Virus record (IMG/VR): IMGVR_UViG_3300048691_000224
Strand: one strand, 5' to 3'
DNA: 64,000 bases
Origin: a virus
Lineage: Duplodnaviria; Caudoviricetes
Shown here: piece after piece, positions 61,299 to 64,000 of the stretch
Position numbering within the stretch: position 1 is the stretch's first letter
Layout: each line of letters opens with the position of its first letter
Made by a program: the position numbers and the translations under genes
The notes under the pieces: model-generated
What the model was told of the DNA's origin: nothing
What the model saw: the letters and a program-made list of their open reading frames with translations, nothing else
Database searches by the model: none

Positions 61299-63616
61299 TT
61301 ATTTTACTACGATTTCATGAGAACATGAAGGGCACTTAATGTAATTAAAATAATCTCGATCGCCAGTATAATCTGTTGAATATGATTGTTGTACATCAGA
61401 AGGTGTATATTCCAATGTCGAACCGCAGTTCTTACAAACAACTTCTTTAACTACACTTTTATGTGGTTTTGTATCAATAATTCTAATCATAATTCACCAA
61501 TCAATATTAATTGCGTACTCACCTGCAGGCAGTAGACCTTTGGCATGTAGATCATTGATAACCATATCAACACTAGGATAAAAATTTCGAGCCCAGAATA
61601 AATCGATATACCACTGAGTATTTTGATCTGGGATACCGTACCATTCTTTTGGGTCACGAGCGAGCCAGGCGCTGAAACTCACACCCCGCTCTTCACCATT
61701 AACTTCATCTGGAATTGTGTCGTTATCATAATCCCCAAGATACCCATCTGATGGAACTGTGATATATTCCAACCCACGAGATTTACAACTATCTTGTTGT
61801 TGGAAATTGTAGATGCGTCCATATGTATCCATGACTAATTGGTCAAAATCATCTACATTGATTGTGTGTAGTGTTTTAATTCTAATCATACATATTCCTT
61901 GGTTTGTGTTTCTTCTATCCAGCGGGCCCAGTAGCCATGTGCATTTATGGTTTCGTCTTGCGTCAATGAGCCAGTAGACACCCAGTGAAAGATGCCACCT
62001 TCATTATCAATGTACGCGCGGGACTGATAGGTCTTCACCTTGGGTCGAATACGAAACTCTGCGAGCTCATATCGGCCTTCGTAGTTACTGATGTATGCTC
62101 GCAAAGTTCGTTCGACTGGCGTGGCTGCACTATTGAAACAGTCCCACTGCTCCCCTAGGAACTTAATGTCTAAGACATCACCAGCGAGGATGGCTTTGAT
62201 GATTTCTACTTGGTTCATTTGAAAAATCCACCAAAGTATACACACGCCCAAGCTGGGCTAGCGCACACGACACTAACCCAAAAGTTGTAATTTCCGACTT
62301 GCGGCTTACCATGCATGTGTGCTAAAAATAAAGCACCCACAATCTGCAGGCAAATATAAGCTATTGCATAATTACTCACAATCTAATTCCTCTATGTTTT
62401 TAGTATACTCGAACAATCGCTACAACTTCATTCAAATCGAGCGTTTCCAACTCAATTAAGTTGCGTGCACTACCAGATTGTACGAAATTGCTGATCGATC
62501 GATTGCACAGAGACTGAGGGCTTATGGGGCTGTACGAAGAATATGCCTGATTTGGGTATGCCGTGAGGTTCTCGGTGTTAAAATCGATGTCACAAGACTC
62601 AACTTTGTCAAGCTCGATAATCGCACCAGACTTCATGTAAATTTTTAATGAATATGTCATATTATGATCTCCATTAGTTGTGGGTTCGTTGGATGGGGTT
62701 TCACATCTCACATACATGAGTCTAGTGAGTTGATGTAGGGTCTATTATATACTAAAATTGGAATAAGGTCAACAGATCGAAATCGTGCGTGTCCAAACAA
62801 ACCTAGTAGACGCTGGTACCCACTTGACTTCACACCGCTTGTGTTGAGGTTTATGGAAGTCAACACAAATGCAAAACCAACCGCGCTCTGGAGCAAAAGC
62901 AACAGTGTCTACAAATTTCATGATTTGAACAATTGTCCCGTCGATAGTTTTTGCAATTTGCATAATTATTTTCTCCCAGGTTCGAATTCTATCGCATGCG
63001 GACATTACACGATTATTCGTGCTAAGCTCTCACACCTGATCTCTCTAGCAATTTCATCAATAACATCTAGCACACCGAATTTCCACAGTTTGTTGAAAGA
63101 AATCATACGACACCGATTCGACGATAGTATCGCACAACTGTCGCAACTGTCCTGGTCCTTTTTTGCGCATCGCCACAGTTTCACCAACACGTGGGATTGG
63201 AACGGCTGTCCCTGTTTCACCACTAATCACTTCACAACCTTCAGCGCTAATATAAAAGTTCATCTTGGTTTTCCTTGTTTGTTTGATCTTAGGGTCAATT
63301 ATACCCTAATTCTACATCATGTCAACACTTATTTGAGAAATGAGATTTTTACTCACAAAAGTCCACAGTATTGTTAAATTGCGTTTCAATAAAATAGTGT
63401 GTATGTTGGGTTTGAATACGTGATCGCTTCAATTTGCAAGAGCTCAATGGATTGGACCAACAATCTGGTCTTTGCTTGAGTGCTTTGAGCAAGTTTAAAT
63501 GACGAAATCACACTATTCGTATAGTCCACAGTTATTTCCTTGACCCGATCGAGTACCAGTGAGTTTCCAGATTTCATAAAAATCTCAACAGTGTGAATTT
63601 TTGTAATTTTAATCAT
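61299..63616 (-). other. Hypothetical ORFs (61299-61490 Zn ribbon, 61494-61889, 61886-62218, 62400-62717, 62769-63005, 63057-63263, 63386-63616)
   Basis: ORF track; early promoters at about 62735, 63288 and 63637. Confidence 0.6.
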
Positions 63617-63688
63617 TTTGAACTTCCTTGTTTGATCTTAGGTTCAATTATACCCTAATTCAACATCAAGTCAACACTTATTTTGGAT

Positions 63689-64000
63689 TTATGATGCCCA
63701 ATGTCCCAGTTTCATTTGTGCACTAAATTCACTATCAACAATTCCTTGTGTAATTGCACTTTCGAGGTACATACTCCCATATTTGCGCAGGGCTTCGTTA
63801 AGATCGCTGCAAGATCCAATGTCGGGGAAACTCAGTGAGAACCCAACACTAAGGGCTTGCTTAGCCATCACAGCGCCATTTGCATCTTTATTTGGTACGA
63901 TGATTTTTCTACCACGCGCTTGCGTCAATTTGTGAACGTGATACTTAGAGAAAGTGCTCCCCAGTATTGCAACACCATTAGACACCGATAGAGCATCCAA
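63689..64000 (-). CDS. C-terminal TOPRIM part of a DNA primase-like protein (starts beyond the window edge)
   Basis: DALSV..GVAILGS, IIVPNKDANG and SDLNE resemble the TOPRIM C-terminal region. Confidence 0.7.
   Translation of the reverse strand: MDALSVSNGVAILGSTFSKYHVHKLTQARGRKIIVPNKDANGAVMAKQALSVGFSLSFPDIGSCSDLNEALRKYGSMYLESAITQGIVDSEFSAQMKLGHWAS

Noticed and set aside
295-63377. Most short plus-strand ORFs opposite minus-strand genes (e.g. 19716-20186, 21176-21499, 40763-41662, 62841-63377)
   Set aside because: Fully overlap better-supported genes; no RBS, promoter or motifs
2106-63675. Repeated gctcttagggtctattataccc motif as CRISPR repeats or IS ends
   Set aside because: Copies are dispersed, always intergenic, co-oriented and contain -35/-10 boxes; they are promoters

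Overview
This window looks like part of an AT-rich jumbo phage genome with T4-like traits; I see no host chromosomal genes. It has dense, mostly minus-strand small ORFs behind about 20 copies of a sigma70-type early promoter. It also carries T4-type late promoters (TATAAATA), a gp41-like helicase, rIIA/rIIB, a tail-fibre module, a standalone TnpB, an anti-CBASS Acb2 homolog and about 24 tRNA genes. Four features stand out. (1) An AAA ATPase gene is fractured inside its Walker A motif by an atypically split intein (14-aa N-fragment, 143-aa C-fragment). The halves are separately promoted and lie 2.7 kb apart, with a Vsr-like homing endonuclease and two cargo genes between them. (2) There is a circularly permuted, two-piece tmRNA gene. 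(3) The tRNA island contains non-canonical tRNAs, a repeated tRNA-like RNA family, long ncRNA hairpins and an HNH endonuclease inserted at a tRNA-Met gene with a 35-bp duplication. (4) There is a broad translation and tRNA-repair toolkit: Thg1, two RNA ligases, an alarmone hydrolase with a shifty-stop frameshift, and a GatB/YqeY domain. All calls come from manual reading of motifs; no database searches or folding programs were run.
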